Below, in pieces: positions 20,133 to 29,898 of a stretch of 64,000 bases of DNA. Under the pieces are notes generated by a model, which made no database searches, was not told where the DNA came from, and saw nothing but the letters and a program-made list of their open reading frames with translations. Numbering within the stretch: the first letter of the stretch is position 1; each line of letters begins with the position of its first letter. The stretch is from Bdellovibrio sp. Lineage in GTDB: Bacteria; Bdellovibrionota; Bdellovibrionia; Bdellovibrionales; Bdellovibrionaceae. The position numbers were made by a program, and so were the translations under genes. The DNA lies in contig JAKFBS010000004.1 of NCBI GenBank assembly GCA_036677065.1, positions 192,001 to 256,000 on the forward strand, read 5' to 3'.

Positions 20133-22648
20133 TGGTTGGAATTATTTAGTTTATCCAGCAGCAAAAGTTTTTGTTTTAATTTAAAATAATCAGCCCACGG
20201 GTCTTTTGCTGTTTTTAAAATTTTTAAAACTTTATCCACAGTAAAGTCTTTCGCAGATTTTACTTTATTTAAACTTTGCCAGGAAATCGGAAAAGCTACG
20301 GTGGCTTCGCTTTGGGCGCGTGCTGAATAGGGTGTAATCGCGGTAGCACCGTACCCGTTACGTAAGTAGTCTAAAAATATTTTTTTGCTACGTTTGGATT
20401 TTGAAATCACTGTCGTGAAACTTTGCGGATATTCATTCACTAATTGATCACAGACAGTTTTTGCAAAGTTTTTCACTTCGTCAAAGTTATATTTACGCTG
20501 AATCGGTACATGTAAATGTAGCCCTTTGCCGCCACTGACCAAAAGAAAACTTTTAAGCTTAAGCCGGTCGAGCAAGTCTTTAAGTGCAAAAGCGGCTTCT
20601 TTTACTTTTTCAAAAGTAACATTGGGTGCAGGATCTAAATCAAAAACGATGACATCAGGATGATCAACCTGATGAACTTTACATCCACGCGAGTGAATTT
20701 CAAGGGTACCTAACTGCACCAGCTCTAAAATTCCGGTGATCGAATCGACATATAAAACTTCATCGGGTTTATTTTTTAATTCAGAATGCAATTTCTGTGA
20801 TTTCAGACCAACGCCATTGATGTCTGTGTGCTTTTGAAAAAAACAAGTTTTACCAACGCCGTTTGGACACCTTAATAAGGCCAGCGGCCGGTTTTCGACA
20901 TACGGCAAAATCCATTTTTGAATGGTTTTATAATAATCAGCTAATTGCCTTTTTGTAAGCTTTGCTTTTGCAAATAGAATTTTATCGGGATTACTAATAG
21001 GTACATCTTTTGGTTCTGGTGGCTCTTTGACTGGCGGGCCTTTTTTTGTTGGTTGTTTTTCTTTTTGGCTGACCAGGGTGTTTAAAGTTTTTTCTTCAAG
21101 CGTCACGGTTTTTGCCTTTTTGTCATAACGTAATCCTTTATAGGCGGCATGTCTTAAAATTTTTTCATCTGTCCAGGCACCGAATTCAATCTGCGCGACC
21201 AGAGCCGGCTTTACAAAGCTCATGCTTCGGCGACGGTCATGGGCTGTCATTACTGGTGAACCTTTTTTAAAATAGCTTTTTTCACTTTTTATTTTTTTTA
21301 GTTTTTCTAATAATCTTGTGCTTTCAGCAGAATTAAAACCAGTTCCTACACGGCCAATATATTGAAATTCATTTTGCGCATTATAAGCACCCATTAAGAG
21401 TGCTCCCAGAGAATTATTTTTATTTTGTAAAGTGTAGCCGCCAATCACAAATTCCTGAACCTTAGAACATTTGCTTTTAATCCAGTTTTTCGTGCGTCCT
21501 GACTGGTAAATACTTTGAACTTCTTTTGAAACAATCCCTTCAAGATGCAAATGGCAGGCTGACTTTAGAACATTCTTGCCGTCGCCGCGCCAGTGGTCGC
21601 TGAAGAGTATTTTTTTAGAAGGTGTTTCTTTTAATAACTTTTTTAAAAGAGTTTTTCTCTCTAAAAGCGGGTAGTCCTGCAGATCCTGTCCGTTAAAGTG
21701 CAGAATATCAAAGACGTAATAAAACAGTTCATTGCTTCTATGGTTATCTAAAGAATTTTGCAGGCCCTGAAAGTGGCTGACGCCGTTGTCATCAACCCAG
21801 ACAATTTCTCCGTCTAGCATCACAGAGTCAGCCGGAATTTTTTTACATTCCTGTTCAATAAACTTATACTTGTTCGTCCAATCTAATCCCGACCTGGTTA
21901 AAAGTTTAATGTTTGATTTTTTTTTGTGGCAAAGAGTCCGGTAGCCATCAAGTTTAATTTCATGCACCCAGTTTTCACCCTGAGGTGCGACTTCTGCTAA
22001 GAGAGCTAACTGCGGCGCCACGAAGTCAGGCAGCGCTGTTTTTACAGTTGTTTTCTTTTTGGGCGTGGGCACCGGTTTTTTTACCGGGGTTTCAAAGGTA
22101 TCGTCGGGAAGTTTTTTGCCAGAGATAACGCTTTTATCATTTTCTAAGATATCCACATTATCTTCGGCAAACTGATCGTGCCTTTTAATTAAAAGCCATT
22201 GGCTTTTTTTTGAATTTCCCATTTTTCGTGTCCGCACCAATAACCAGCGGCCAGACAGTTTTTCTCCGTGCAATTCAAACTCAAGGCGTCCACTTTCAAG
22301 AGCTTTAAGCGGGTTTTTAGGCGGAATCCATTCGCCGCGATCCCACACGATCACATCACCGCCACCATATTCACCAAGGGGAATACTTCCTTCAAAATAG
22401 GCGTAGTCCATAGGATGATCCTCTACTTCTACGGCTAAGCGCTTATCATCGGGATTTAAAGAAGGGCCTTTAGGAATGGCCCAGCTTTTTAAGACTCCAT
22501 CTAATTCCAGACGAAAATCATAATGCAGATGTGAGGCCGCGTGTTTTTGAATGACGAAAATTTTTTTATTTTTCGTTGAATACTTACGCCCCCGTGGTTC
22601 GAGAGTTTTTTTGAAATCGCGTTTTGAATGGTATTCTTGTAAGCCCAT
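20129..22648 (-). CDS. ligD: NHEJ DNA ligase D (phosphoesterase-ligase-polymerase order)
   Basis: QKHAASHLHYDFRLE phosphoesterase; EIKLDGYR ligase motif I; RCPNG, DLDP and SGGKGLH polymerase motifs. Confidence 0.95.
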   Translation of the reverse strand: MGLQEYHSKRDFKKTLEPRGRKYSTKNKKIFVIQKHAASHLHYDFRLELDGVLKSWAIPKGPSLNPDDKRLAVEVEDHPMDYAYFEGSIPLGEYGGGDVIVWDRGEWIPPKNPLKALESGRLEFELHGEKLSGRWLLVRTRKMGNSKKSQWLLIKRHDQFAEDNVDILENDKSVISGKKLPDDTFETPVKKPVPTPKKKTTVKTALPDFVAPQLALLAEVAPQGENWVHEIKLDGYRTLCHKKKSNIKLLTRSGLDWTNKYKFIEQECKKIPADSVMLDGEIVWVDDNGVSHFQGLQNSLDNHRSNELFYYVFDILHFNGQDLQDYPLLERKTLLKKLLKETPSKKILFSDHWRGDGKNVLKSACHLHLEGIVSKEVQSIYQSGRTKNWIKSKCSKVQEFVIGGYTLQNKNNSLGALLMGAYNAQNEFQYIGRVGTGFNSAESTRLLEKLKKIKSEKSYFKKGSPVMTAHDRRRSMSFVKPALVAQIEFGAWTDEKILRHAAYKGLRYDKKAKTVTLEEKTLNTLVSQKEKQPTKKGPPVKEPPEPKDVPISNPDKILFAKAKLTKRQLADYYKTIQKWILPYVENRPLALLRCPNGVGKTCFFQKHTDINGVGLKSQKLHSELKNKPDEVLYVDSITGILELVQLGTLEIHSRGCKVHQVDHPDVIVFDLDPAPNVTFEKVKEAAFALKDLLDRLKLKSFLLVSGGKGLHLHVPIQRKYNFDEVKNFAKTVCDQLVNEYPQSFTTVISKSKRSKKIFLDYLRNGYGATAITPYSARAQSEATVAFPISWQSLNKVKSAKDFTVDKVLKILKTAKDPWADYFKLKQKLLLLDKLNNSNH

Positions 22649-22656
22649 ATATAACC

Positions 22657-23565
22657 CTAATGCAATCTATGGTGAGCTGTTGCTTTCGATTTTTTATGAG
22701 AGCCCGATTTCTTGCGTGCTGCTGATAATTGCGCTACCGAAGCTTTTTCAGAACGTTTTGCCGCAGGTTTTCCCCGCGCAATACTTTTTTGCAATAATGA
22801 CATAAGATCAGCTGAATTTGTATTTGTGGCCTTGGGTGCTTCTTCGTATTCAGCGGCTTCTTTGGTATCTCCGGCTTTTATTTTATGAGTAATATATTTT
22901 TTAAGATCTTCCTGGTAAGTGTCGTGGTATTTTTCTGGTTTCCACTTTTCTGTCATTTCATCGACTAAAGTTTTTGCGGCTTTCATTTCACGGGGAGAAA
23001 TTCTGACATGCGAGATATCATAGTCGTGAAGAAACTTTGCTTGTTTAACTTCGGTAACTTCATGGGCGAAACGCATGATTTCTAATATTAAGTAATCACC
23101 ACGCGGGATAATAGTCACTAAATGCTGGCGGTTCCGAAGCACAAATTTAGCAACAGCAGCTTTTTTTGTTTCTTCTAAAATATTTCGCAGAAGCACATAA
23201 CCTTTTTCGCCATTTTTACCTGGCACTAAATAATACGGCTTTTCGAAGAGTAAAAAATCAACCTCTTTTAGATTTACAAAGTCTTCGATATCTATAGTTT
23301 GTGTTGATTTTGGATTCGCTTTTTTCAGTTCTTCGTCGGTTACGGTGACAAACTGATTTTTTTCATACTCGAAAGCTTTAACAATATTTTTTCGATCGAT
23401 TTCTTTACCAGTTGATTTTGTATATTGTTTGTAGCCGATCGGAGAGTAGTTACGTTTATCGAGCATACGAAAACTAATTCGTTCGTCTTCTTTTGCACTC
23501 ATGACTGAGACGGGAATGTTTAACAACCCAAAACTAATGGCTCCATTCCATATTCCACGCGCCAT
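22657..23565 (-). CDS. ku: NHEJ Ku protein
   Basis: IWNGAISFGLLNIPV, TIDIEDFV, PYYL, YHDTY and a basic tail; directly upstream of ligD. Confidence 0.95.
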   Translation of the reverse strand: MARGIWNGAISFGLLNIPVSVMSAKEDERISFRMLDKRNYSPIGYKQYTKSTGKEIDRKNIVKAFEYEKNQFVTVTDEELKKANPKSTQTIDIEDFVNLKEVDFLLFEKPYYLVPGKNGEKGYVLLRNILEETKKAAVAKFVLRNRQHLVTIIPRGDYLILEIMRFAHEVTEVKQAKFLHDYDISHVRISPREMKAAKTLVDEMTEKWKPEKYHDTYQEDLKKYITHKIKAGDTKEAAEYEEAPKATNTNSADLMSLLQKSIARGKPAAKRSEKASVAQLSAARKKSGSHKKSKATAHHRLH

Positions 23566-23582
23566 AATACTCTCTCCTTTAA

Positions 23583-23771
23583 CTAAATAAGTTTTTCATT
23601 GTGCTGGCGGGCTTTATTTCGCGATTTACGCGCATCTTCGCCAACCACGTCATGAGCACCTTCATATTCGCTTGAATCCTTCATATCATTATCATGTAAG
23701 GTCGCGGAATTTTTATGAACACGAGTGACCTGACTTTTTTTATGTTTATTACTGCGTGAAGCCATTGCCAT
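23583..23771 (-). CDS. Small hydrophilic protein heading the ku-ligD operon
   Basis: GGAGG RBS before ATG 23771; charged and probably disordered; ends 17 bp before ku. Confidence 0.6.
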   Translation of the reverse strand: MAMASRSNKHKKSQVTRVHKNSATLHDNDMKDSSEYEGAHDVVGEDARKSRNKARQHNEKLI

Positions 23772-23799
23772 ATAAACCTCCATTTATAGAATGTAATGG

Positions 23800-23815
23800 A
23801 GCAAATCGCTTGCCT
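23800..23815 (-). promoter_or_regulatory. sigma54-like promoter for the small ORF-ku-ligD operon
   Basis: AGGCAAGCGATTTGCT (GG-N10-GC) on the minus strand. Confidence 0.6.
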
Positions 23816-23875
23816 ATAGCAGCTTCATCCTGGAAGTTATAATTTTTTTTAAGGGTAATAATGGGACGTTGACCG

Positions 23876-23891
23876 AGGAACAGTTATTGCT
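23876..23891 (+). promoter_or_regulatory. sigma54-like promoter for the DUF6766-like gene
   Basis: AGGAACAGTTATTGCT; predicted +1 near 23902, at the in-frame GTG/ATG. Confidence 0.55.
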
Positions 23892-23904
23892 GTTTATGAC
23901 TGTG

Positions 23905-24561
23905 ATGAAAAAGTTCAGCCTAACTCTTGTTTTGATCGCCTTGTTCGCTTTTTCTTTACTGGGGCAGGTTATAGAGGGGCATTCGACCTACAATGAAAAA
24001 AGAGTCAGTGAATTCAAGCTGCCTGCAGTTAAAATATCTGAGTACATTAAAACAGGGCACTTTATCAGTGCACTTTCTGAAAATATGGAATCAGAGTTTT
24101 TACAAATGGCCCTGTTTGTGGTTTTAACAGTTAATCTTTATCAGATCGGCTCTTCCGAATCGAATAAACTACCTTACCAAAAAACCAAAGATGATTTAAA
24201 CACTGAGGCCGATGAAGAAAGACATTCGATAGAACAAAAAAAGAAACATCCTTTTTTGTGGCCAATATATGAAAGGTCGCTGACTATTGCGCTTTTTTTA
24301 ATTTTTACAGGTTTTTTTCTTGTTCACGCTTACGGAAGTTTACTTTTAGTCAATGAAGAGCATTTACGCTTGCATAAGCCCTTACTTACCTTCTGGCAAA
24401 TATTCGGTGAAAGCGAATTTTGGTTTGAATCTTTTCAAAACTGGCAAAGTGAATTTTTTTCGGTGGCGATACTTTGCCTCTTAAGTATTTTCTTACGGCA
24501 AAAAGGTTCGGCGCAGTCAAAAAAACTGCACCGTTCGATTTTTTACACTGGGGCTAACTAA
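23905..24561 (+). CDS. DUF6766-like membrane protein
   Basis: ENMESEFLQ and FWFESFQNWQSEF..LRQKGSAQSK motifs; start reassigned from TTG 23869. Confidence 0.8.
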   Translation: MKKFSLTLVLIALFAFSLLGQVIEGHSTYNEKRVSEFKLPAVKISEYIKTGHFISALSENMESEFLQMALFVVLTVNLYQIGSSESNKLPYQKTKDDLNTEADEERHSIEQKKKHPFLWPIYERSLTIALFLIFTGFFLVHAYGSLLLVNEEHLRLHKPLLTFWQIFGESEFWFESFQNWQSEFFSVAILCLLSIFLRQKGSAQSKKLHRSIFYTGAN

Positions 24562-26948
24562 TTACTTATTGCGGAGGGCAAGTTTGCGTCATGGTTCACC
24601 TTGTGGTGAAAAACCATTTCGTCTGTCCAATCGGATAAGTCTATCCCTAAAGCAATTGTTAATACTTCGTTAATATGTTGTACCGTATGAATTTTCATCT
24701 GTGAACGAACCTCTTCAGGCACTTCAATTAAATCTTTTTCATTACGTTCAGACATAATCACTTCGTTAATTCCGGCACGATGTGCGGCAATGATTTTTTC
24801 TTTAATACCTCCCACCGGCAAAACTTTTCCGCGTAAGCTGATTTCTCCGGTCATGGCTAATTTTGGATTCACCACGCGCCGAGAAATAAGGGAGGCCAGC
24901 GATGTTAAAAGCGTAATCCCTGCGGATGGCCCATCTTTTGGGATACCTCCAGAAGGAACATGTAAGTGGATATCAAATTTACTAAAGTCAAAAGTAGGAG
25001 CTAAAGTTTGTAATCTGGCTTTAATTAACGATTTCGCAATTTGAGCAGATTCTTTCATGACGTCACCTAATTGGCCGGTCACAATCAATTCACCTTTACC
25101 TGGAACCAGTGCGGTTTCGATAAATAAGATATCACCACCGACCGGAGTCCATGCAAGGCCTGTGACCACACCTGCAGATGCGACAACATCAGCAACTTCA
25201 CTTTGGTAACGTTCTGGCCCCAGAATTTCTTCTAATTTTGCCAGCTCGACTAAAATTTTTGTCTCGCCACGCAGAATTTTTTCGCTGGCGAATCTGGCCA
25301 TTTCAGCAATTTTACGTTGCAGCTCGCGCACGCCGGCTTCACGGGTGTAATGCGAGATGGTTTTAAACAGAGCTTCGTCACTGATTTCAATTTGTTCAGC
25401 GGTTAAGCCATGTTCTTTGATTTGTTTCGGGATCAGATGCGTTTTTGCAATGTGAAATTTTTCTGCAATCGTGTATCCCGATAAATCAATCACTTCCATA
25501 CGATCAAGCAAGGGCAGTGGAATACCTTCAAGGCTGTTCGCCGTGGCAATAAAAAAGATATTCGACAAATCAAAAGCCGTATCTAGGTAGTGATCAGTGA
25601 ACGTTGTATTTTGTTCTGGATCCAATACTTCAAGCATGGCTGAAGCGGGGTCTCCAGAAAAGCTGCGCGACATTTTATCGATTTCATCTAATACAAAGAC
25701 AGCGTCGTTTTCTCCGGCTTTTTTAACAGCCGAAATAATTCGCCCTGGCAAAGATCCAATATAGGTTCTTCGGTGGCCGCGAATTTCAGATTCATCACGA
25801 ACCCCACCCAGGCTGATGCGCTGATATTTTTTTCCTAAGGCGCGCGCTATACTTTGGCCAAGCGAAGTTTTACCCACTCCCGGAGGGCCAATAAATAATA
25901 AAATAGAGCCGCGTTTTTCTTTTTTAAGTTTTAGTACAGCCAAATGCTGTAAAATTCTTTTTTTAATTTTATTTAAACCATAGTGATCTGCATGCAGAAT
26001 ATTTTCGGCATCATCTAAGTTAAAATCTTTTTGATTCGAAGACTTTTTCCATGGCAAGGCCACCATCAAATCTAAATGCGATCTGATCATTTGATGTTCT
26101 GGCGACTGTTGGTTCGTCGATTCAAGTTTTTTAAGCTGTTGCATAGCTAAATCATTAGCCTCTTGAGGCATGTGGGCTGATTTGATTTTTTTACTATAAT
26201 CATCCAGATTAGAAGTTTCTTCGCCTTCGCCTAATTCTTCTTTAATAGTTTTTAATTGCTCACGCAAAATATGTTCACGTTGCGTTTGCCCAAGTTTTGT
26301 TCCCAATTTTTGACGAATATCCTGACGAACTTGCAGATTATCTTTTTGTTGATTCATCAGGTTTAATAAATGCATGATGCGTTCTTTGATCGACGTCATT
26401 TCTAAAAGATGCTGTCTTTCTTCGATGGTAATTTCGATATTAGCTGCGGCTAAATAAGATAATAAGCCCACATCTTCAATGGCTAAAACTAATTCCTGAG
26501 CTTGTTCAGTATTGCCCGGAATTAATTGTAAAACTTCAATGCTGATTTGTCTTAAGCTGTTTAACAAAGCACCTTCAGTGGCGGGGTCGACATCTAAATG
26601 ATCATCGACGCGCTCAGTGTGGGCTTCGTAAATTTCGGTATCGGCTTTAAAAGAGGTGACTTTCATGCGATGATAACCGCGCAAGGTCACGAAATAACCT
26701 TGTTCGTGGGTTCCCTTAATCGCTTCGATTTTGCTTAAGGTTCCCCAATGAAATAAATCATCGGTGCTTTCAATTGATTTGTCAGGATGTCGCTGTGCCA
26801 GCGTGATAATCCAATTGTCTTTAAGCATGGCTGCATCGACAGCTTTTAAACTGCGGTCGCGTCCTACGCGTAATGTTTGTGTGATACCGGGATAGAGCAC
26901 TGTGTTTTTAAGTGGTAAAACGGGGATTGCTCCTATTGGCATTGACAT
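24558..26948 (-). CDS. lon: ATP-dependent Lon protease
   Basis: Lon N-domain, GPPGVGKT Walker A, LDEIDK Walker B, PKDGPSAG catalytic Ser, GGIKEK. Confidence 0.95.
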   Translation of the reverse strand: MSMPIGAIPVLPLKNTVLYPGITQTLRVGRDRSLKAVDAAMLKDNWIITLAQRHPDKSIESTDDLFHWGTLSKIEAIKGTHEQGYFVTLRGYHRMKVTSFKADTEIYEAHTERVDDHLDVDPATEGALLNSLRQISIEVLQLIPGNTEQAQELVLAIEDVGLLSYLAAANIEITIEERQHLLEMTSIKERIMHLLNLMNQQKDNLQVRQDIRQKLGTKLGQTQREHILREQLKTIKEELGEGEETSNLDDYSKKIKSAHMPQEANDLAMQQLKKLESTNQQSPEHQMIRSHLDLMVALPWKKSSNQKDFNLDDAENILHADHYGLNKIKKRILQHLAVLKLKKEKRGSILLFIGPPGVGKTSLGQSIARALGKKYQRISLGGVRDESEIRGHRRTYIGSLPGRIISAVKKAGENDAVFVLDEIDKMSRSFSGDPASAMLEVLDPEQNTTFTDHYLDTAFDLSNIFFIATANSLEGIPLPLLDRMEVIDLSGYTIAEKFHIAKTHLIPKQIKEHGLTAEQIEISDEALFKTISHYTREAGVRELQRKIAEMARFASEKILRGETKILVELAKLEEILGPERYQSEVADVVASAGVVTGLAWTPVGGDILFIETALVPGKGELIVTGQLGDVMKESAQIAKSLIKARLQTLAPTFDFSKFDIHLHVPSGGIPKDGPSAGITLLTSLASLISRRVVNPKLAMTGEISLRGKVLPVGGIKEKIIAAHRAGINEVIMSERNEKDLIEVPEEVRSQMKIHTVQHINEVLTIALGIDLSDWTDEMVFHHKVNHDANLPSAISN

Positions 26949-26976
26949 ATTTGTCTCCTGACCATTTTATGGTCAT

Positions 26977-27008
26977 AAAAAAACAAGGGGCACGGTTCGG
27001 CCCCTTGT
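26977..27008 (-). terminator. Intrinsic terminator between hsp20 and lon
   Basis: Minus strand ACAAGGGGC-N8-GCCCCTTGT followed by a T-run. Confidence 0.75.
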
Positions 27009-27111
27009 ATGCCTCAGATAGTTCTCTCGAAACTATTTATTTAACTGGGGCAGCGGTCTAACGTCCGTGTCGACGTCTGCGTGTGAAGTCCGCTTGTTAA
27101 GGCACAGAACG

Positions 27112-27648
27112 TTAAGTCTTATAATTTTCTTTAACAGGCGCTTCTTTATTTGAAGTTTGTTCCTGTTTTTTTGTTCCTAAAAGTTTATCGAAGATGCCGC
27201 CTTTACCAGATTGAACTTCGATCTTTCTAGCTTGGGCCACTTCGGTTTTCGGAAGGTATAATTCCAGTACGCCATCTTCATAACGTGCTTCAACCTTTTC
27301 CGCATCGATCGTGTTAGGTAATACGAAACTTCGCTTAAACGTACCGTATGTTTTCTCGTAACGATGAATTTGGTTCGTTTCGTTACGTTTTTCATTCTTA
27401 CGTTCGCCCGAAATAGCTAAAGTACCATCAGCAACTTCGATTTTAATATCTTCTTTTTTCATGCCGGGTATATCAATACTTAGTAAGTAATGATTTTCTT
27501 CTTCCATTAATTCAGACGCAGGAGAAAATTCGCGCTCATCATAAACGGGAAGACCCGGGGGAGTAAAATGATCAAACATCCTATCCATCTCTCTCCATAA
27601 ATCGGATGTTAGATTCCTACTCGTAAAAAACGGAGTTAGTGTTCTCAT
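27112..27648 (-). CDS. Hsp20/alpha-crystallin small heat-shock protein
   Basis: DIPGMKKEDIKI, ISGER, YGTFKRSF and ARYEDGVLELYLPK motifs. Confidence 0.95.
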   Translation of the reverse strand: MRTLTPFFTSRNLTSDLWREMDRMFDHFTPPGLPVYDEREFSPASELMEEENHYLLSIDIPGMKKEDIKIEVADGTLAISGERKNEKRNETNQIHRYEKTYGTFKRSFVLPNTIDAEKVEARYEDGVLELYLPKTEVAQARKIEVQSGKGGIFDKLLGTKKQEQTSNKEAPVKENYKT

Positions 27649-27871
27649 ATATTTTTCCTCCTTTTAAGGTTAGAACATTTCTCTTTCTTAATTAAAATTT
27701 GTAGCCGTGTAGTTTTATGTCAAGGTGGCCAAGTCGTTAGATTGAAGTAATAGTTATGTCGCAAACAATAATTCATTATTGATAAATATTTATGTGAATG
27801 CGCCTTGACGGAAACATAATACGACTCATTTCAGCAAAAATAGTTTAACTTTTTGACACTACAAACAAGAT

Positions 27872-27899
27872 TAAAGTCTAGGTAATTGTTGCCCGATCA
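27872..27899 (+). promoter_or_regulatory. sigma28-like promoter, leaderless
   Basis: TAAAG-N15-CCCGATCA, 7 nt before ATG 27907. Confidence 0.65.
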
Positions 27900-27906
27900 T
27901 TTGGGT

Positions 27907-28689
27907 ATGAAACAACATACAACAGCAATTTTATTCGCAGTAACAGTAACAACATTATTAACTTTCAGCATGAACACAGCCAATGCAATGGGTCGCGGAA
28001 AACCAGTTGAGCCAAAGCCAACACCTAAGCCTCCAGTAGTGACTCCAGCGCCAACGCCGAAGCCACCAACTCCGGTTCCAGCTCCGACACCAAAACCACC
28101 AACGCCTGCGCCAACACCAGCACCAGCACCTGGTGCTGATACTTCTGATGCGGTTCCGATGTGGGAAGCAAAAGTTTCCGGAAGCCGCGATTGGTCTAAT
28201 CACTTATATTCAGAACTTGATCGTTTAGGTCAGGATTTATTAGATGTGATTCCTGCAGATGCAGCGACGTTTTGCCCGAATTACAAAAATTTAACTTATA
28301 ACGAGCGCAAAAAATATTGGATCTATATGATTTCGGCAATGACCAGATTTGAAAGCTCTTTCAAAACAGATACGACATACACAGAAGACTTCACTGATAG
28401 CTCGGGAAAAAAAGTTGTCAGCCGTGGATTGTTACAAATCTCGATTGAAAGTGCCAATGGCTATGATTGTGAACTTAGTAATGCGCAAGACTTACATAAT
28501 CCACTTAAGAATTTAAGTTGCGGGGTAAGAATTCTTGATCGTTGGGTAGGCCGTGATGGTCGTATCGCCGGTAAGGTTGATGCAAAATGGCGCGGTGGCG
28601 CAAGATACTGGGCTGTCATGCGCGAAGGCGACAAGACGTCATATAAAACGATCTTAAGTTCGAGCAAAAATTTAAAAATGTGTAAGTAG
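27907..28689 (+). CDS. Secreted SLT-domain lytic transglycosylase with Pro/Thr-rich linker
   Basis: Signal peptide; PTPKPP repeats; FESSF catalytic Glu and SRGLLQIS motifs. Confidence 0.85.
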   Translation: MKQHTTAILFAVTVTTLLTFSMNTANAMGRGKPVEPKPTPKPPVVTPAPTPKPPTPVPAPTPKPPTPAPTPAPAPGADTSDAVPMWEAKVSGSRDWSNHLYSELDRLGQDLLDVIPADAATFCPNYKNLTYNERKKYWIYMISAMTRFESSFKTDTTYTEDFTDSSGKKVVSRGLLQISIESANGYDCELSNAQDLHNPLKNLSCGVRILDRWVGRDGRIAGKVDAKWRGGARYWAVMREGDKTSYKTILSSSKNLKMCK

Positions 28690-28748
28690 TTTTTTAAGGC
28701 TAGATTGGCTTACTCTGAGACAGTGGTCAGCCAATCTAAAAAATTGTT

Positions 28749-28776
28749 TTAATTTCACCGCAAATAATTCCGAAAT
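28749..28776 (+). promoter_or_regulatory. sigma28-like promoter, leaderless
   Basis: TTAAT-N15-TCCGAAAT, 6 nt before ATG 28783. Confidence 0.55.
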
Positions 28777-28782
28777 ATAATC

Positions 28783-29541
28783 ATGGTCGAATCAGCTGTA
28801 GAAGATAAAAAAATATTTCTTGTCGTTACTGAAGATAAAGCAAAAATGCAATCTATCTCGGCAGTGATACGTTCACATACGAATAAGACCGCAATTTTTG
28901 AGGCCAGCGAGTTGCATGAAGCTCTGTTTAAATTTCGTAATGCGGTTCCGCATGTGATTGTTCTAGATTTAGAGGTCTCAAAGTTTTCAACTATTCAGTT
29001 GGTGACTGATCTTTTAAAAGGGGAACACAATCAATTTTCAGTAATTTTTACCAGTGAAATCCCAGAAAATGAGTTGTTCATTGATCAAGTGATCACTGGG
29101 CAAGTTCAGTTTTTAACTGACTACACTGATAAGGCTTGCTTTAGCCAATGTCTAACAAAAGCAGTTAAACGTTTGCAGCAAGAAAAGAAATCCGAATTTA
29201 TCTTACGTCAGCTAGTGCCTGGTGAACTGCTCTTTGAAGAGGGGCATCCGGGTGATAGTATATTTTTGGTTAAAAGCGGTGAGCTTGTTGCATGGAAGCT
29301 GAAAAATGGCCAGCGTGTGGATTTAGGAACTATCGGTCCTGGTGAGTTTGTTGGTGAGATGGCGCATCTTAATCAAGAACCACGTTCGGCAACTGTTTCT
29401 GCCAGCCAAGCCAGTGATCTTATCGAAATACCATTTGGCAGTCTGGATATGATTTTATTTTCGAAACCTTCGTGGTCAAAAGCCCTCTTTATGACGTTGT
29501 CAAAACGCCTTAAAATCACTAATGCAAAGCTATCAGCTTAA
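28783..29541 (+). CDS. Receiver-like plus cyclic-nucleotide-binding domain protein
   Basis: N-terminal VVTED...VIVLD; C-terminal LFEEG, GEFVGEMA and PRSATV; no HTH follows. Confidence 0.8.
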   Translation: MVESAVEDKKIFLVVTEDKAKMQSISAVIRSHTNKTAIFEASELHEALFKFRNAVPHVIVLDLEVSKFSTIQLVTDLLKGEHNQFSVIFTSEIPENELFIDQVITGQVQFLTDYTDKACFSQCLTKAVKRLQQEKKSEFILRQLVPGELLFEEGHPGDSIFLVKSGELVAWKLKNGQRVDLGTIGPGEFVGEMAHLNQEPRSATVSASQASDLIEIPFGSLDMILFSKPSWSKALFMTLSKRLKITNAKLSA

Positions 29542-29589
29542 TAGCTTAATAGTAGATACATTAGTAAACCTGTGTTACACTAATTTTGT

Positions 29590-29892
29590 ATGAAGAAGTG
29601 CATTTTAAGTCTACTAACAATAGTAGCTATCTCGTTATTAGTTTCAATAACTCAGGCGGCGCAATGCACGCTGGTGGGTGGTACTGATTTTTCGCTTTGC
29701 ACAGCGATTAGTAAAAACAACTGCGGTTTAGCGGCGAAGGGCGATTTTATGAAATGTAAAGCCGTAACTGCAAACAACTGCGGTTTAGCCGGTCAGGATT
29801 ATTTCTTAACTTGTAAAGCGATGCTTGATCGTAATTGTGGTTTGGTTAAAGAGCCTGGCTTCAGTCTTTGTTCAGCTGTAACTAAAGAGTAA
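29590..29892 (+). CDS. Small secreted Cys-rich repeat protein
   Basis: Signal peptide followed by four 19-aa repeats, each with two Cys. Confidence 0.75.
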   Translation: MKKCILSLLTIVAISLLVSITQAAQCTLVGGTDFSLCTAISKNNCGLAAKGDFMKCKAVTANNCGLAGQDYFLTCKAMLDRNCGLVKEPGFSLCSAVTKE

Positions 29893-29898
29893 TTATTC

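Noticed and set aside
26983..27008. GGGGCAC..GCCCC hairpin as another copy of the transposase REP
   Set aside because: It has a different loop, a longer stem and a T-tail after hsp20, so a terminator explains it better.
27649..27760. CIRCE element upstream of hsp20
   Set aside because: No TTAGCACTC-N9-GAGTGCTAA is present; only a CTTGACA -35-like element with an unclear -10.
28003..28131. Tandem CCA-rich repeats as an array
   Set aside because: They simply encode the Pro/Thr linker of the SLT protein.
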